Part shown: positions 61,100 to 64,000 of the stretch, in pieces | How the letters are laid out: each line of letters begins with the position of its first letter | Numbering within the stretch: position 1 is the first letter of the stretch | Assembly (NCBI RefSeq): GCF_006345805.1 | Contig: NC_043021.1 | Location: 19,282,001-19,346,000, forward strand | Length of the DNA stretch: 64,000 nt | Direction of reading: 5' to 3' | From: Octopus sinensis | Lineage: Eukaryota | Program-made: the position numbers and the translations under genes | The notes under the pieces: generated by a model | Databases searched by the model: none | What the model was told of the DNA's origin: nothing | What the model saw: the letters and a program-made list of their open reading frames with translations, nothing else

Positions 61100-63435
61100 T
61101 CTCTTTCTCCATTTATTTATTCATTTGTTTCGTAAGTTCTGCAGAGGATAAGATTTCAAGTAATTTCAAAAACGGAGGGAGTCAGACGATGTTTAAAGCG
61201 AGTAGTTTGTCGTTGCAGCGAAACCTAACATACAGTTAATAAGTACGCTTTATTTCAAAAGGGTAATTCATGGTATTTTCACTAAATTAAAAATGATTTA
61301 TTTCATTAAATAAAAATTAATGAAAATAAATATAAAATAAAATGAATTATAATTCTTTTTTGTAACATTGGCTGGCACAACTAACTGCACAAGTTTTAAA
61401 GGGGTGGAGGGGTATCGTGAATTATATTTGACCTTTCCACAGTGCATGGCCGGCACATATTAAATCGAGCCCTGCTAAAGATGAAGGGCAGATTCTTTCT
61501 GGGTGGGTTTTAAAATTCAGAACGTAAAAAATCGGGATTAAACACTATATGGCAATTCCTCCGGCACTCTGCCGATTGCTTAAGTCCACTGCTTTTAAAT
61601 CATATAACGACGGATAACTTTCGGTGTGAAAGCAACAATCAATCATGTTGACTCCAGTATTTCACTGGTAGTTGATTTTTATAGGGCTCCGAAAAGAATA
61701 AACCATAAAGTCGACCCTCGGAGGAATCCTCACTCGAGACGTGATACATAACCTCTCTGTGAGAGATAACAGCAAGACCTAAGCTGGGTTTTTTTTTTTT
61801 CTGACGTCTGTCGTTTTTTTTAGATTCGTTTATACTTGTATTATCGATAATTAAAACCAGTTAATTATCTTCACCTCACCTTCCACTATCTGCAACTTTC
61901 CTCTAATTGCACTCAGTATTCGTGAGGTGCCAATGTTGGATTCAATGTACAGCTAATGCCTGATATTATCGGCTCAGTTTGGAGCAAAAATGAACAAACG
62001 GACCCATAACAGTGACTCGTTAGGTGACTATGTCATTGCTTTTGGGCAAAACAAAATGCAAACGGATCTACTACCGGACTCTAACAAGATACCTATCGGA
62101 CGACAACTATTGACTGTTACTACATAATATCGGCGTGCCGTTCCATCTTCTCAAATTAGCTACTATAAACACTCAGTTATTTCAGCTAATATTTCGCTGC
62201 ACATTATTACTTCGTCAGACTCTTAGCGCTAGCAAGATATGAAGATATGATATTAATATTTAACAAAGTAAAGTGTTTCCCGTTGTGCTGATGTTCACGG
62301 AATAAGCCCAGAGAATCAAATTATGAATTTAACTGCTTAAATTTTCATATTAAAAAAATAAGAGATTATAAGGCAAAAAAAAGAGGCAGAAAAGAGAAGA
62401 AAATGGATTCCTTTCTCTTTTATGCCTGAAAAACTCGGTGTTAATAATGTCTCCTGGGCCTTTACGTTGAAAATCTTAAAAGCAAAAACACAAATTTCTT
62501 TGGAGATAGTGGTGGGGCGAAGTTTTTGTTTCTTTCGGTATCTGTTAGAATCTGAAGAAAGGATTGCATCGCCTGTGTCAGTTCTTGGAGACATAGACGG
62601 AAACCAATACAAGAAATACCAGACCCATGGCACCGCTTTCTGGTACTTTCTCTGCCAGTGTTCTCTGAGGATTAATTTCCTTTTGGCGGCTTAGAACTTG
62701 TCATGTGACACGATTAACGAGTTGAGTGAAGTCTCACAGTTTTAATGGACGTGCATGCATTTGTGTGCGCGCACACACACGTATACACATACACACATAT
62801 ATGTATATATTCATAAACATACACATAAATACATATATATACACACATACACGTGTACATGTGTGTACATGCACTTAAACACGCACATCTATACACACAA
62901 ACGCATAAATATCATGCACTCAAAAATACATGTATACATGTATACATACACGTAAAGCGAAACACATGTGCGCATGTGCTTAAATTTAAATATATGTATA
63001 TCTATACAGTTGTATATGTGAGGCGCGATGGTCCAGTGGTTAGGGCGTTGTGTGTGTTTATTGAGCGAAAACACCTAAAAGCTCAACGAGGCTCCGGCAG
63101 GGGGTGGTGGTGACCCCTGTTGTACTCTTTCGCCCCAAACTTTCTCACACTCTCTCTTCCTGTTTCTTGAGTAACGCTGCGATGGACTGGCGTCCCGTCC
63201 AGCTGGGGGGGGGGGCACACATACGTCACAGAAACCGGGAAACCGGGCCAATGAGACTGGCTAGGCTTGAAAAAGGCGCATAAATAAAAGAAAAAATACA
63301 GTTATGTATGTATGAATGCCCGTTTAAGAATTGACACACGAAAACATGCGCATATGAACACATCTAAGTATAAATGCATATACATACATATGCACACATA
63401 TATGTATATATACACACGTGAGTATATAAGTACAG

Positions 63436-63479
<44 letters not shown>

Positions 63480-63784
63480 ATAAACATGGAAACATCCGCA
63501 TATACGTGCGGTGTCGACTCAAATACATATATAAATGAAAATACACAAACACACGCATACACACGCACGCACACACATAGACCTATACATAGAACCGTTC
63601 ACGGTTAACCACATATACATATACGTTACACAAGATCTGTAGAATCATTTCAACCGTACTCCCATTGAAATACAATCCGACTCTTTAAAAATGAAAAGTA
63701 CAGTTAATCTCTGTGTGTGTGTGCGTGTATATATATAGATATATATATTATATATATTATGTGTGTATGTGTGCATGTATATAC

Positions 63785-63842
<58 letters not shown>

Positions 63843-63939
63843 ATCCAAACAAGAAAACAAAAACAAAAAAACACAACAACGCAAGGATGTGGAACAGATA
63901 AAGTATTATTGGACGCTCAGGAAAGAAGGGAAGAAGGAG

Positions 63940-63974
63940 GGTTGACGTTTCGAGCTGAGCTCTTCGTCGGAAAC
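63940..63974 (-). ncRNA. Variant minimal hammerhead motif in a Penelope-like fragment
   Basis: GUUU CCGACGA A GAGC-UCA-GCUC GAAA CG UC AACC. U4C core change; stem I imperfect. Confidence 0.5.
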
Positions 63975-64000
63975 ATAGGAGAAGGAAAAATCCCGAGAAG

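Noticed and set aside
61140-61239. Possible FANCM exon after the gap (ttctgcag acceptor)
   Set aside because: The phase 0 reading required after exon 19 stops after 27 codons with no ERCC4 similarity; the other open frame has no recognisable homology.
62337-62694. Overlapping 98-aa and 90-aa ORFs on opposite strands
   Set aside because: No recognisable motifs or supported splice structure; cannot be called without a homology search.

Overview
Eukaryotic, AT-rich, repeat-dense genomic DNA. The repeat families suggest an octopus or other coleoid cephalopod (inference). The window holds the last coding exon of UBE2J2 (950-1168, +) and most of FANCM (+ strand). For FANCM I traced 19 exons from ATG 14420 to 59488 with GT-AG boundaries and consistent phases, about 1923 codons, covering the N-terminal PIP box, the DEAH helicase, a 2.6-kb disordered exon and the MM3 region. 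The C-terminal ERCC4/HhH exons are not visible; a 100-N gap lies at 61000-61099. Introns contain 3'-UTR fragments of an RTE LINE, several tRNA-derived SINE families, piggyBac-, Merlin-, Tc1/mariner- and Helitron-type non-autonomous elements, and microsatellites. Main observations: (1) four minimal type I hammerhead-ribozyme motifs with palindromic or near-palindromic stem III, two of them at the centre of unrelated long inverted-repeat (foldback) cassettes at 54629-55025 and 56041-56339; (2) a repeat-bounded tandem duplication of a frame-symmetric FANCM exon; (3) apparent absence of the MHF-binding segment and several MM2-like motifs in FANCM; (4) a PHD-type finger inside the RTE reverse transcriptase. 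All coordinates were read by eye and no alignments, folds or database searches were run. Family names and human comparisons are from memory.
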